A DNA stretch of 64,000 bases from Lama guanicoe (Eukaryota). This document shows positions 39,901 through 52,885 of the stretch, one piece after another. The position numbers and the translations under genes were made by a program. Below the pieces are notes generated by a model. The model was given only the letters and a program-made list of their open reading frames with translations, had not been told where the DNA came from and searched no databases. Position 1 is the stretch's first letter; every line of letters starts with the position of its first letter. The stretch lies in NCBI GenBank assembly GCA_013239625.1, contig MU053557.1, positions 999,063-1,063,062 of the forward strand, in the 5' to 3' direction.

Positions 39901-40129
39901 GGCCTCAGCCTGCCTCTACCCACGTGAACTACTTAGAGATGGCTGAGTAGCCCTCAGTGACGAGCTTCATCAGGGAAGCTGGAGAAGTGTAGTGATAGTC
40001 CTCCAGCAGCTGCGTGGCAAAAAGAGCATCTCCAAGTGAAAAATTTAAGCCCAAATTTATAGAGGATTCTGGGTGTGCCAGCTGCTACGTGGAATGATGA
40101 TTTAATTCATTGAAATCTAGCAGCCCTAG

Positions 40130-40270
40130 ATGGAGCAGCTATCATTATCCTCATTGTATGTAGAAAGACTCCTAAGTCAGTAGAGATGGAGGGTAAATTT
40201 TCCAGAAAGCAGCTCGTAAGCAATGGAGCCCTCTTCCAAACACAGGTCCACTTGGCTCCAGTTCTGATCC
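40130..40270 (-). mobile_element. MIR SINE
   Basis: attatcctcattgtatgtagaaagact...ggtccacttggctcca. Confidence 0.5.
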
Positions 40271-40302
40271 AACCACTGCCCACGACAAAAACTCCCGAGC
40301 AG

Positions 40303-40495
40303 AGCTTGAAATACATACGTACATATATATATTGAATTCAGTTATACATATATGTGGATTCAAATACATACATGCACTTATATATACATGTATATTATAT
40401 GTATATACATATATATTGAATTCAAAGCTTGACATACATATATATGTATACGTATATATACGTATGTGTGTGTGTGTGTGTATATGTTATATATT
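40303..40495. repeat. Compound (TA)/(CATA)/(TG) microsatellite
   Basis: Visible directly; the blocks catatatattgaattca and agcttga.atacata each occur twice. Confidence 0.85.
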
Positions 40496-41789
40496 TGACA
40501 TCAGATTAGAATAAAGCCTATGCATGGCGTAACACTTACATAGATGTAACACTGGATGGTAAGAAAAAACCTATGAGAGCAGGGACAGTTTCTGTTTTTC
40601 CCAGTAGTGTTTACCCAGAGAGTAGCACAGCTATCTGTCACAAACGTATAATTGGTAAATATTTTGTGAATGAATAGATGAGTGGGTGACATTGATTGGT
40701 TTATTGAAAAGTTCAGCATCCACTATAACTTTAATTCCTGGTACAGCCTCAGGACTTAGGCAGTGTGAAAACTCTGTTTCTTCACTTACAGACATGGAAC
40801 TGGATCGTGCATTGTCTGCTGCTGGTTTTTGCTCTCTCGACTTGGTCTTTCTTAGAAGTAAGGTGGGGATATGTCAACCTTAGGGTCAGTTGTTACTCCT
40901 TATATTCTTCTTGTTTTCATGGACGTAATTTGAAACATCAAACAAATGTTGCTGATTGAGGAGGAACAGGCCAAAATGATTTAAATTCTGATTGTCTACT
41001 TTGGCTCTTCAGATAAACTGTAAACATGTCGGAATTTTTTCTTAACTTGGCGAAGGGTAGCTGTTCCCTTTTGCATAGTTCAGGTTTGAGCTGAGAACCC
41101 AGCACCATGAATATTGTTTTATTTCTGGAACTAGAAAATCCTGAGATGAAACCTAAAATACAATCCAGAAATATTTACCTATTTTGTTCTATCTTTGGTC
41201 ACTCAGAGACCGTTACATAGTTTGACCTATTCAGATGATGAAAAGAACTCCAAAGAATAAATACCTGTCCAGTATTTTGAGAAAAGAATAATGGGTCTAG
41301 GTATAAACATACCTACACTATAGCTGTGGATATAGATAGACAACAAACATTTGCAAGTATGTGATTTTTAACTGTAATCTCAGTTGTGAATGATACTGGA
41401 AAACTATTATTGTGTGAAAAATTAAGTGTGTGTGTGTGTATACACCCCTTACTGCTCCTAACTTTCCCTCTGTCTGTTCCACGCTGTCCACAGGCAGGAT
41501 GGGCAATTCTCAAGCCATCCCATGGGGAGCATCTCCTATAGCCACATATAAAGGGCCAAAGTTTATAACATTGAGACAGCCAGGAATTCAAACATACTCT
41601 GTCTCTACCAAACAATGTAATGAAGGGCCCGGAAATGGTAAATACCTACCAGGAACCACAAAGATTATTTTGGCCCTATTACCACCTGTTATCTTTCTGG
41701 AGAAAGAGAGAGCTTGATTAACCAAGTTCTCCCTTTTCTGGGACAGGGCTGCATCTCTTGAAAGTTGGTATTTGGGTCCATTAGACATT

Positions 41790-42720
41790 TGTGAATCCTC
41801 CTACGTGGGGTGGGCTCCCTAGAATTCCAGCTAGTTCCTCTCTTTATGCATCTATCTGCTCCTACAGACTGGTCATATTCCCTTTCTTTAGCTTCTGTTC
41901 CAAATCATCACCATGTTCCTATTTCTCTTCATGGTAATGCCATTTCCTTGTCTTCCCGATTTCAAGTTGGAGCTCTTAAATCCTTTTTTCAACAGTCAAT
42001 TCCTCTTTCTCTTTATCCACAATATCTGATCAGCTACCAAGTTTGATGGGTTTGGCTTCGTGTTTTTTCTTCATCTTCTTTTTCTCTGTTCTTACTCCAT
42101 CCTTACCCTTTGATTCTCTTAGAATTCTTTTACTTTCCATCTATAGCTATTGAAATTGAAGACATCTTTTCATTGTAATCTGAGAAGACTTCATCTTTAA
42201 GAATTTTTTCTGAAAGTGCATCCTGGCCAATAACTTTGATCGTGCCTCCTGAAATTCTCTGGCACATGTATTTCTTGCACATGTGTTTTATGTTGTACCA
42301 TAGATGTCCGTGCCCTGTGTTACTCTTTTTATTGGAATGTAAGAAGTGTCAGGCTCAGTTCCATCCCTCAAGGGCTAGCAGTGTACTGCATCTGTTAGCT
42401 TTGCACCTAATACGGTGTAATAGAAAATGTGTTCTGAGTCAGACTGCCTAGATTTGAATCCCAGCTTAGACACATTCCCATGTATGACCTCAGACAAGTC
42501 ACTTAACTTCTTTGAACCTCAGTTCTTTTATCTTACAAGGAAGAATAACTGTCTTTGAAGTGTGTATTTTAATACAAGGTTTCTGTCAGTGTTGTCTGGC
42601 ACGTAGTAAGTGTTTAGTCATTTACTTCATTCAGCTGATATTTACTGAGCAGGTACTCTGTGCGAAATACTGTTTTTGGCTCAAAGGATACACAGTGGTG
42701 AGAAGACAGACAAGTGCCTT
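41790..42720. mobile_element. L2 (+), MIR (+, ~42430-42620) and L2 3' end (-) cluster
   Basis: agtcagactgcctagatttgaatcccagc...gacaagtcacttaacttctttgaacctcagtt; tttactgagcaggtactctgtg. Confidence 0.7.
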
Positions 42721-43499
42721 ACTTCCATAAGGTGGCGCTTCTAGCGGGAGGAGACGGAGAAGGCTGATGCTAGTCTGTTGTAACACAGTATGGTTGAACC
42801 AGTTGTTCTCACCTCGTTTCTGTTCTGATTTGTAGGTTCTCATGCCGTCTTCGTTGTTAAAGATCATGGATGCAATTAGGGATAGAGGTACTTAGTAAAG
42901 GACGTTGAAATGTAATTTTTGGATGAAGCACCGTGACAGTAAATACCATACTTCAGAGTGCAATGCAGGTTATAATGTGAACATTTCAAAAGTAGTGTTG
43001 AAACCCACTCTCACATCTAATACAACCCTCTCTGTCAATGAGCATGACTAAAAGCCAGCAGTTGGTGATTAAAAAAAAAAAAAAAAGAAGAGGACTTTTG
43101 TTGAAAGCATTTGGGACCATCTGAGTGCACTCCTTCTCTAAGGATGGGAACGGTAGGCTTGCTTCCCTCTTCAAGTTAAGAGAGAGGCACTTTAAGGAGA
43201 CCAGTCAGGGTTTAATATGATCTCTCTTTAGTTTGGGAAACACAATATACTTGAATCTGATCCTTCTAGAAAAATCCAACAATCGAAAGATAGACTAACT
43301 AGCCATTTTGTTAGTGACTGATGGGGCATTGAGTAGTCCTTGTGTTTGTTGAGGAACACGGTATTTAAACATACTCCGTGGTACTGAGGTACCAATGGAT
43401 GCTTATGTTGGAAGCAGGAGAATATGGCCAGCAGAGATAGAGATGTATTCATACTACTCAGTAATCAAGATTGACTGGACAGTTAGAGACGTATTAGAG

Positions 43500-44380
43500 T
43501 GTCCATTTATACTTATGTAAGTAAACAAGATATCTTAAGAGTGGTAAGAGCCATGGAGAAGATAAATTAGGACAATTAATAGAGATTGACTAGGGTGAGG
43601 CAGGAGTAACTGGACAGTGGATGCCCAGGGACGATCTCAGAGAAGGAGTCTGGCAGGAGGTAGCCTGGGAGGCAGTGTTACGGATACCAAGAAGGTTCTG
43701 CAGGAAGGGAAATAGCAAGCCCCAGGGCTGCTGGGTGGGAATGAAGTTGACATATGTTAGGGACCCCAAGAAAGCCAGTGTGCAGATGCTCAGTCAGTGG
43801 GAGTCATGGAATAATACTGAATATCATCAGAGAGGACTTTAGGGGCAGTTCAAGCAGGGCCTTACAAGGCATGTAAAGGAGTTTAGGTTTTATTTGCAGT
43901 AGAAAAAGAAGCTACGAGACAGTTCTAAGCAGGGTGTGACATGAAGTGATTTACTTTTGAGTAAAGTAACAGAAAACTGTAAAGTACAGAGATGATGCAG
44001 TGATCATAAACCTGGGGGTGATCAGACTTGAGCTACACCTAGAGCATTTGGGTTGGATTGGGAGAAGCTGGGAGCAATGCAAAGAAACTGGATGGAAGAC
44101 TGGATACAGGTACACAGCAGGGAAGTGTAAGACACGAGGCACAGCTCCTCTACAGCACAAACAAAAGCCCAGGGATTAGGATTTTAAGCCATGCATTGGT
44201 TGCTGGGATTAATACCAGAGGAGGTATGAAAATACAGCATCCAACCAAACCAAGCTAACTGTCCAGCTGTGGTGTCCACCCAGAGGGACCAAATGAAGAG
44301 AGATACCAGGAGTGAGGGAGTGTGACAGAAATCAGGAAGAAAGATTCCAAAGAATGGTGGGCTGTAGGGTCTGAAAAGTC
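43500..44380 (-). mobile_element. L2 fragments
   Basis: aggaagggaaatagcaag...taaaggagtttaggttttatt...ttctaagcagggtgtgacatga. Confidence 0.65.
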
Positions 44381-45719
44381 CTCACTGGCTGAAATGTAAA
44401 TAAGTTCTTTGCTGCCTGTGGCCATGGACAGAGAGGAAGCTATTAATTGTAATGGGGCAAATCAAAGCTATACTTGCCTGACTGTGGTCAACTGTCCTCA
44501 CTTGTCTCTTGGTAATCCCTTGCTTTGAGCTACTAAAATCTAAATGAATCACTGTACAACAACTTCAAGGCATTTGTCTGAGCTGTTTTTTTTTTCCATT
44601 TTGTGTGATAATTCCACTAGCATCTGCTTCCACAACCAGAAAATCAGCTCAGTAAAACCAAAGACTTTTTTGGATTTTACTCAGTAATCTATCCCCACCA
44701 TAATGCCAAGTGCATTATGGTTACTCAAACATTTGCTGAATGAATAAATACTGCCTTACTTCCTAACCATTTCATGAGTTTATGTCTTGCCTCTTCCAAA
44801 TCCAAACAGAGCAGTACCCTTCTAGATTGAATGCCACAAGGACATATACTTTCTTTGATTACATATACCAGAAGGTTTGATTGGCACCAAATGTAAAAGG
44901 TGCTTGATACAATGATGAACAGGTTAAACCTGCCCCCTATTCCCTAAAGAGCTTAACATTTAATGCAGCATGTTAGAGAATCATGCACAAGGATATTAAA
45001 TGACAACATATATGCTAAAGAGGAAGAACATATGTTACTATGAATAGTGTAAACTCATTCTCTACCCTCAGAGAAAAAACACTGTAATTTTGAAGGACGA
45101 GAGGAACCATAATTCTAGTTTTTATTTGTAAATCTGTGTGGTACCTAGAACGAGCCCATACATAGTAAAATGCCTGTCAGAGTGGAAAATCAAAGCTGAC
45201 ATACTGACAGTTCACGCTAACCATGCTAATGAGCGTGTTCTATCAACACAGCGCTGAAATCATGATGTCTTTTTTCTTGCTGTCCTGTGAGTGTGGTTGG
45301 TGGTCAGGGAGTTACTGAAGAGGCTCCATGGGGTAGGATATTAGACGTTTCTTTTCCACCTGTCTGTGCACACAGAGATGCTGGCTCTTTGCCTGTGTCA
45401 GGAATCAGACTGATCAGTATAGAAGTACTGGAATTAAATGTCTGCAGAGAATACCTTTGGTGATTATTAAAAGATTAGAACCTTCTTAGAGATTTTAAGT
45501 TGAGCCAGATAGTCATCTACATCATAGCACTAAGGAAATTCAGAGGAAAAAAAGAAAATTTAGAAACTTAAGCAGATAATGGCGGGAAAACTGAAAGACC
45601 AGGGTGAGGATGTCAGGAGGTACTGAGTGCAGAGGAAAATTACTTTCTTGCTTAGCTGCCCATGAAACCATACCTATTATGGGTACGAGTTGCCTCTTTG
45701 CTTGCGCTTGCTGTTCCTT

Positions 45720-46030
45720 CTTCCTGGAATCCTTTGCTCCAGCTCTTTCCTTAGTCATCATGTTTTTATCTTTCAGATGCCAGCGCAGGGGACTCTCCTT
45801 GATGACCTTTTATGTATTGGTCCTTCCCTGCGTACTTGTCCATTGCCCTATTACATCCTTCCTAACATCACAATGTGTGTTTACCTTCTTGACTTGTATA
45901 CTTTCAAAGAAACTTTTTTCCTTATTAAAATACAAATTTCACGAGGGCAGGTATCTGTTCTGCGTTGTCCGCAACTTTCAACTCAGGAGCAGTTGGGCAG
46001 GTCACAAGCACTACATGAGTATTTATGAAG
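45720..46030 (+). mobile_element. L2 3' end
   Basis: aaatttcacgagggcaggtatctgttctg...gtatttatgaagtaaggaatgaatg. Confidence 0.65.
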
Positions 46031-46224
46031 TAAGGAATGAATGGTGACTGACTGTGGTGGGGATTGTAAAGCCATCATCTTACACTGGTGGAAATCACTT
46101 GGATTTTTCAGGCTTACAGGGAAGGAAACTCTTGAACTCTTTTCCTTATCAATTCCTTTACTTAACGACTCCTAATGAGAGGATTTTTGTGCGTGTGTGT
46201 ACCTCACTATACTTGTATTTTCTT

Positions 46225-46490
46225 TTTCCTTAATGACTTTGTCAAAGTAGACATGACATATAAAAATCATACATACTTGAAGTGTACAACTTGATATTTT
46301 GGTATATGTGTACATTGTGAAATGATTACCACAGTCAAGCTAATTAACACATCCATCACCTCACATAGTTAGGATTTTGTGTATGTGTGAGAGAGAGGAG
46401 AATACTTAAGCAAATTTCAAGTGTACAATACAGTGTTAAATATATTCAACATGTTATATATTACTTCTCCAGAATGTATTCATCCTGAAT
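46225..46490 (-). mobile_element. L1MA 3' end
   Basis: gtacattgtgaaatgattaccacagtcaagctaattaacacatccatcacctcacatagtta. Confidence 0.85.
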
Positions 46491-47289
46491 AAGTGGAGAA
46501 TTTTGTTTCCTAGCTGAAATCCTCCGATGCTTAAACTGAAGCTTGCTACCTATTGTTCAGTCCTCTCCTGAGAAGAAGGGCGTCACAAAGATACTTAACC
46601 TTCTCAGTTTGCCTCTCCTTAAATAGTCCATCTCCTCATTCTTCTTTTGTGATGAAGAAGAAAGAGCTCTGGGCTGTGTTTCGGAAATAAAAATGTTGAT
46701 TTGTCATTGAGATTTTTGTCACAAAACCCCTCCTGTCAGATTTGTCATTTGTGAAATGAGAGTTGGATAAGATGATAAGGTGAGATGTTTTCTAAGTCTA
46801 AGATGCTATGATTTATAGGTATTACATTTAAATCTTTTATTCCTGCTTACAGCTGATCTTTTCAAAGATCAGAGTTGGACAACAGATGCTGAAGAAAGCT
46901 CTTGGCCAAAGCTCAAATCGAGGAGGAAGGTACTGTCAGTGTTAATATGGGTCTTGGTCTTGCTGATCTGGTTGTAAGAGGAACGCCAAATTCCCTAAAT
47001 CCTATAGGAACTTTAAATATTAAAATTTGCTCATCTCCATTGAGATGCTTCTGGAAACCCAGACATAGTTTTCAGAATTTTAGAAGAAGCCATGAACTTG
47101 TTTGTCGAAAGAGGAAATGCCAAGGAGTGACTTTTTTATAAAAAGGTTAATTTTCTAAACAGGAATAAATCAAGAACTTGTATTGTTTTTACCATAATCG
47201 AACTTCGACTAGAAATCTTTGCACCTTTTAACAAATCATTTTGCCATCGATTTAGATGGCAGAGAAAAGCAGAAAGAAGAACAGTGAAA

Positions 47290-47535
47290 ACAGATGGTGT
47301 TTTAGTTAGGAACTTAAACTCTGGTCTTAGATCAGTGTTGGGACCGCTTAACTCATCTGTAACCTTGGGCAAGTCATTTAACCTCCCTAGCTTTGATTAT
47401 CCTCATCCGTAGAAAGTGGATAACAATAGTAAAGGTATCCAAGTCCTGCCTGGCTTTTAAATGAGGTAATACGTGAAAAGTGTTTATCACGTTGCCTGGT
47501 TCATTGTCAAGTGCTCCATAAGTATTAGCCATGAC
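47290..47535 (+). mobile_element. MIR SINE, near full length
   Basis: taaccttgggcaagtcatttaacctc...aaatgaggtaatacgtgaaaagtg...aagtgctccataagtattagc. Confidence 0.8.
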
Positions 47536-47949
47536 TCCATTAATATAATACCTATAATACTCAGCAAGTATCTGTAAGCAGCATAAGTAATAAGATTGAG
47601 TGAAGAGTCTCTCCCTAATACTCCCAACTCCCTTCTCACCTTCACACACACACAGCTTTTTGGAACTATATGCACTTTAAGAGCAAGGCATACTTGGCAG
47701 TGTAGTAGTATACCAGCACTTCCAACCTGTTAGGGATGATTTTAAACTATAGAAGAGAGAACACTTGTTACTAGTGGAATTCCCTCACCCAGTCTATTTC
47801 CTCAAACTGTCATCTTCACTTCCTGCATCAGAGTGTACTTACTCATTGTATTCAGCTTATGCTGAATAAAATAAGAACTTAGTGTTTTTACCAAGTTCGC
47901 TGGAGGATACAATAAAAATAAAAGGTTCCGCATCTATCCTCAAAGAATA

Positions 47950-48195
47950 CAGTGGTTTAGAGGACAGGCTTCAAATTATACAGACCTAATGTCAAATTCT
48001 GGCTTCCTTATCTCTTAGTTACATGGTCATGGGAAAATGATTAACCATGAGCCTCAGTTTTCTTGTGTGTAAAATGCAAAACCTTCCTTTTATGTTTTCT
48101 GAATATAATTCATGTAATGAATATAGCATAAATCTCATAAAACATTAAGCAGAATTTCTAACATGTAGTAAGTACCAGTAAATGGCTATTATCGC
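47950..48195 (+). mobile_element. MIR SINE
   Basis: gagcctcagttttcttgtgtgtaaaatg core. Confidence 0.75.
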
Positions 48196-48234
48196 TATAA
48201 TATACTATGGTGTACAGTTTAAAAATACCCCATT

Positions 48235-49590
48235 TTTTTCTTTTTTTAAATTACAGTCAATTACAATTGTGTCAATTTCTGGTGTATAGCACAATGTCCC
48301 AGTCATGCATATAAATACATATATTCGTTTTCATGTTTTTTCATTAAAGGTTATTGTAAGATACTGAACATAGTTCACTGTGCTGTACAGAAGAAAATTT
48401 TTTTAAATCTGTTTTTATATATAGTGGCCAACATTTGTAAATCTCAAACTCTCAGATTTATCCTTTCCCACCTTCTTTCCCCAGTAACTGTAAGATCGTT
48501 TACTGTGTCTGCAAGTCTGTTTCTGTTTTGTAGATGAGTTCATAGTATCCTTTCAAATTTATTTTATTTTATTTTATTTAGGTTCTACATATGAGTGATA
48601 ACATATGATATTTTCTTTCTGTTTCTGGCTTAGAATGATGATCTCTAGGTCCATCCATGTTGCTGCAAATGGCATTATTTTATTCCTTTTTACAGCTGAG
48701 TAGTATTCCATCATACAGATATACCACAGCTTCTTTATCCAGTCATCTGTCAGTGGACATTTCGGTTGTTTCCATGTCTTGGCTATTGTATATAGTGCTG
48801 CTGTGAACATTGAGGTGCATTTATCTTTTCAAATTAGAGTTCACTCTGGATATATACCCAGTGGGATTGGTATATCATATGGTAGGTCTATTTTCAGTTT
48901 TTTGAGGAATCTCTGTAGTGTTTACCATAACTGCTGAATCAAAATCAAACTATGTTCTTGCCAGCAGTGTAGGAGGGTTCCCTTTTCTCACCTTCTCCAG
49001 CATTTATTGTTCATGGACTTTTGAATGATGGCCATTCTGACTGGTGTGAGGTGATACCTTATTGTAGTTTTGATTTGCATTTCTCTGATAATTAGAAATA
49101 TTAAGCATTTTTTTCATGTGCCTATTGGCCATTTGTATGTCTTCATTGGAGAATTGCTTGTTTCGGCCTTCTGCCAATTTTTGGATTAGATTGATTGTTT
49201 TTTATTAAGTTGCATGAGCTGTTAATATATTCTGGAAATTAAGCCCTTTCAGTCTCATTTTTTTGCAAATATTTTTTCCCATTCCATAGGCTGTCTTTTT
49301 TTTTTGCTTATGGTTTACTTTGCTGTGCAAGAGCTTGTAAGTTTAATTAGGTCCCATTTGTTTGTTTTTGCTTTTACTTCTATTGCTTGGATAGATTGCC
49401 CTAGGAAATAATTGCTAAGATTTATGTCATAATGTTTTGCCTATGTTTCCTTCTAAGGATGTTTATAGTGTCTTGTCTTAGGTTTAAGTCTTTAATCCAT
49501 TTTGAGTTTATTTTTGTGTATGGTGTGAGGGAGTGTTCTCGCTTCAGTGATTTACATGCAGCTGTCCCGTTTTCCCAACACCGTTTGCTG
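48235..49590 (-). mobile_element. Young camelid-type L1, 5'-truncated (ORF2 C-terminus + 3'UTR)
   Basis: ORF 48574-48810 reads MFTAALYTIAKTWKQPKCPLTDDWIKKLWYI..EYYSA..KIMPFAATWMDLE; ORF 49422-49697 includes [29 protein letters not shown]; the frame is disrupted. Confidence 0.95.
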
Positions 49591-49800
49591 TACTGACTCT
49601 TGATTCTGTTGTCACATCTCCTTTTCTGGTTCTTTTGCCTCACTTGTCCCCTTGTAAAGATGCTTGTGATTACACTGAACTTACCTGGATAAACCATGCT
49701 TATTGCTGCATCTCAGGATTCTTAGTCACATCTGCAAAGTCCTTTTGCTGTTCATTCACAGGTTCTGGGGATCAAGACATGGACATCTTTAGAATCCTTT
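49591..49800 (-). mobile_element. MaLR LTR 5' half (MLT1D/E-like)
   Basis: ttgtgattacactg...tcacatctgcaaagtcctttt...attcacaggttctggggatcaagacatggacatcttt. Confidence 0.8.
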
Positions 49801-51169
49801 ACTGTTTCCAATAGTAGTACACTGAACACCTACAGCACTCAATCTTTACTCAGATTCATTGACTGTCAACCATTGGTCTCTATATCTCTCTCCCACTTTC
49901 CCTTCTCTTTCTCTGTTTCTCTCCTCTCTTCTCTCTTTGCAACTATAGCAAGAAGGAAGATATGATAGAAAAGGCATGAAGACATATATGAATCAAGATA
50001 TATAGGTAAATCTGGATTTTCTGTTACCATTTATGATACCTTTTATATCATAATTTTTCCAGGGGTATAGAGCATGATTCTTATTTAAAGTTGTGTTATT
50101 TTTAAAAATGCTATTAATTTTGGAAAATGGAACCAGTTTGCTATAAAATTGAACTAATGGCAGTGGATTTCCAATTCAGAGATACCTGAATTGATAGGTT
50201 AATTCGTCTTCTTAATTCATTTGCCACATTAATTGAGCACTAGTATGTATGTTTATATTGGTTTTATGCAAATAATCAGGTAAGGGGAATTGAGATGGGC
50301 TAGTATGTAATGTTTTATTGAAGACCTACTGTGTGCGCACACTAAGCTGGGTCCTGGAGTTACAGGATTGGGTAATGCAGGCATGTTCCTTAGGTTCATG
50401 AAGCCACAGCCCATAGTCTTCCAAAGGGACATCTTACTGAAGAAACTCCAGAAGAGAATTTAAGAAAAATTTATCCAGTCTTCCAACAAAAGAGCCTCTC
50501 CCTAGAGACTTCATGGAAGTGGAAGGAAATCCTCATTATCAGCATATGAAAAATTATAATAGCAAACGTATCATATTGAGAGTTAATCTAATAATCATTT
50601 GAAAAACATGTTATGACATGATGGATTTGGTACTTGAAATTTTGCAGAAAGACTAGAGTGATAAATGATTAGAAGTGAAAAAAATTGTAGAGCAAGTATC
50701 TTGGAAAACAGCTGAAAAAGAACACTGTTCACACAGAGTAATCTCCTGGGATGACAGATGGGCACTTAGCTTCCTGGGACATTCAGAGAGTCACATTAAG
50801 AAGCACAGAGAAAAAAAAATGATAGAAAGTCAATCATCATTCTACTACAAATGGATGAAATAGTGAATTTCATCCAGTTCCAATTCTATTCTAAATATCA
50901 ACAAATTTAGTATAGCTTTTTTTATGTCTCCCCAGTTCTCCATATTGTTTGTAAAAATGTATGAATTTTTATAATTGCTATCCTGTGATTTTCAGAACAG
51001 GAGAGAATGTATTTAGAGGGAAATTGTGACCAATGACTGATAGGAATCAGAATCTGGCTTTGCTTATAATAACTTTATTCGCTATGTATGTGTCTGTATA
51101 TTACATACGGAATCAAAATGGTACATGCTGTTGAGAGGAGATAAATTGTAAATGTAGCTAAATGACTTT

Positions 51170-52120
51170 GAAATCCAGGCTGCTTGTGTTGCCTCCATCT
51201 CAAGACAGATTTCTTCAAGCATGGAAGCCATGGGAAGAGAGTCTCTTTTGCACTGAAAGTAAAATGTTTTGGTCCAGAAGGAGTGTCAGTTCTGCTCACA
51301 ACACTCTAGCCAGACCTTGGTCAGAACTAGGCATGTGGCCCTTCCTGCTAAGGGTAGTAGTAATTGGCCAGAAAGAGGAGAATGTTATGTGTGTGAGCTT
51401 TAGAACTGCACACCATGCATGCAGTTCCATTCTAGTAGGGGAAGATGCAGACCATCTTCCCCTACTAGAATGTAAATTCCATGAAGGCAAGGGTGTTTGC
51501 CTCTTTAGTTCACTGCTGCTGCATCCTCAGTGCCTAGAGTAGTTCCTGGCATGTAACGAATGCTTCAAGTTCACTGAATGAATGCCAAAAAAAAAAAAAT
51601 CACCTGGTTATTTTCTCCACAGGGGGCTTTGTGTATGGCGGGTCCTTGGACTTCCTTGGAATGCGCCTCTGTAAATTCATTGTACAATAATCATACTGAA
51701 TAGTGAAAGCTGGATTAGCTAGATCACAGGCTCTGGTTAATCACTGCAATGGCCAAGGTCTCCATTGCTTTCAGCCACAAAGTGACAGACTAACTAAGTA
51801 ACAGAGACTTAAACATTTGGTATTTAATATTGTCTTACATTTTAAACATCCTGCAGAACAATGGTCCTGGAATGCTTTACTGGCTCAGTAATCACCAAAG
51901 ACCCAGGGTGTCCTGGTCTCTCTGCTTCATTATCCTCAGTGTGCTCGTAACCACATCCTTATCCAACAGTGTTAAAGAATGAGTGAGCTAGAAAGTTGTC
52001 TTCATATGTCTCTTTTTATCAGAGGGAAAATTATCTTTTCAGAAACCCTTCTGAAAGATTTTGTTCTGTGTCTCAGAGGCTGCACTTTGATTCAGTGCTG
52101 TCACCTAGCTGTGTGTAGGG
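51170..52120. mobile_element. Old MLT1 LTR fragments (-) and an L2 3' end (+, 51450-51585)
   Basis: ttctgctcacaacactctagccaga; ccctactagaatgtaaattccatgaaggcaaggg...cagtgcctagagtagttcctggca; taacagagacttaaac. Confidence 0.55.
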
Positions 52121-52769
52121 GTCTGGGCTGGGGCTAAAAATTTGGAGTCATCACTATACAGATGGGATTTCAAGTCATGAGACTTGATGGGATCACTAAT
52201 GAACTGGACGTTGACTGAAAAAAAAATAGTAATCATCAGAGTTCTTCAGTATTAAGAATTCAGGGACATGAGGTGCCATTTAGTAGCTTGGTAACTTGGG
52301 GCTAGTTGTTTAAGCTTTGCAAGCCTTTGAACTCTTTTTGACTCCAAAATGAGCATGCTGTTAAATTGCCATGTGTCTATGTCATCAACCCGTAACTAAA
52401 GTTACCTGGGCTGTTCTTTCCAATGTAATAGCAAGATTACAAGGCTTAAATAAAATAGTTTTTATATATTGCTATACATTGTAGGTGGTTGGTACGTTAA
52501 TTTTCCTTACACCAAAAAAATTTTTTTCTGTATAAATGGATAATTTTTTTGTCTTGCTTAATAACTTCAATGGCTTCCTGCTACACTTGGAGTGCAGTTT
52601 GCCTTCTTACCACCACTGTGGTGCTCAGTGGTCCTCCGGCCTATCTGTGTAACCTCGTGTCATCCCTCTTTCCCCGTGCTCTCTGCTGAGCAAGACAGCC
52701 TTAAATTCCCCTCAGCTGGACTAAACTTTACACAGGCTTCTTCCTGCTGCTAGGGCCTGACCTCCTTTT

Positions 52770-52885
52770 TCTTAGAGCATTTTCTTTAGGAAACATGTCA
52801 TTTAAAATTCTCTCTCTGATCCTTTGAGATGTAAATCTTTAAAAGCTTCTTGCCCACTTTGCAACCAGGACTATTTTTCTCACAG
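52770..52885 (+). mobile_element. ERV1 LTR fragment (MER34-like)
   Basis: tctctctgatcctttgagatgtaaatctt...ctttgcaaccaggactatttttctc. Confidence 0.5.

Noticed and set aside
45604..46047. Longest ORF in the track (147 aa)
   Set aside because: Non-ATG start, mostly overlaps an L2 fragment, and low-complexity hydrophobic composition.
48574..49697. ORFs with strong protein-like composition
   Set aside because: Disrupted L1 ORF2 C-terminus; one ORF runs in from the adjacent MLT1.
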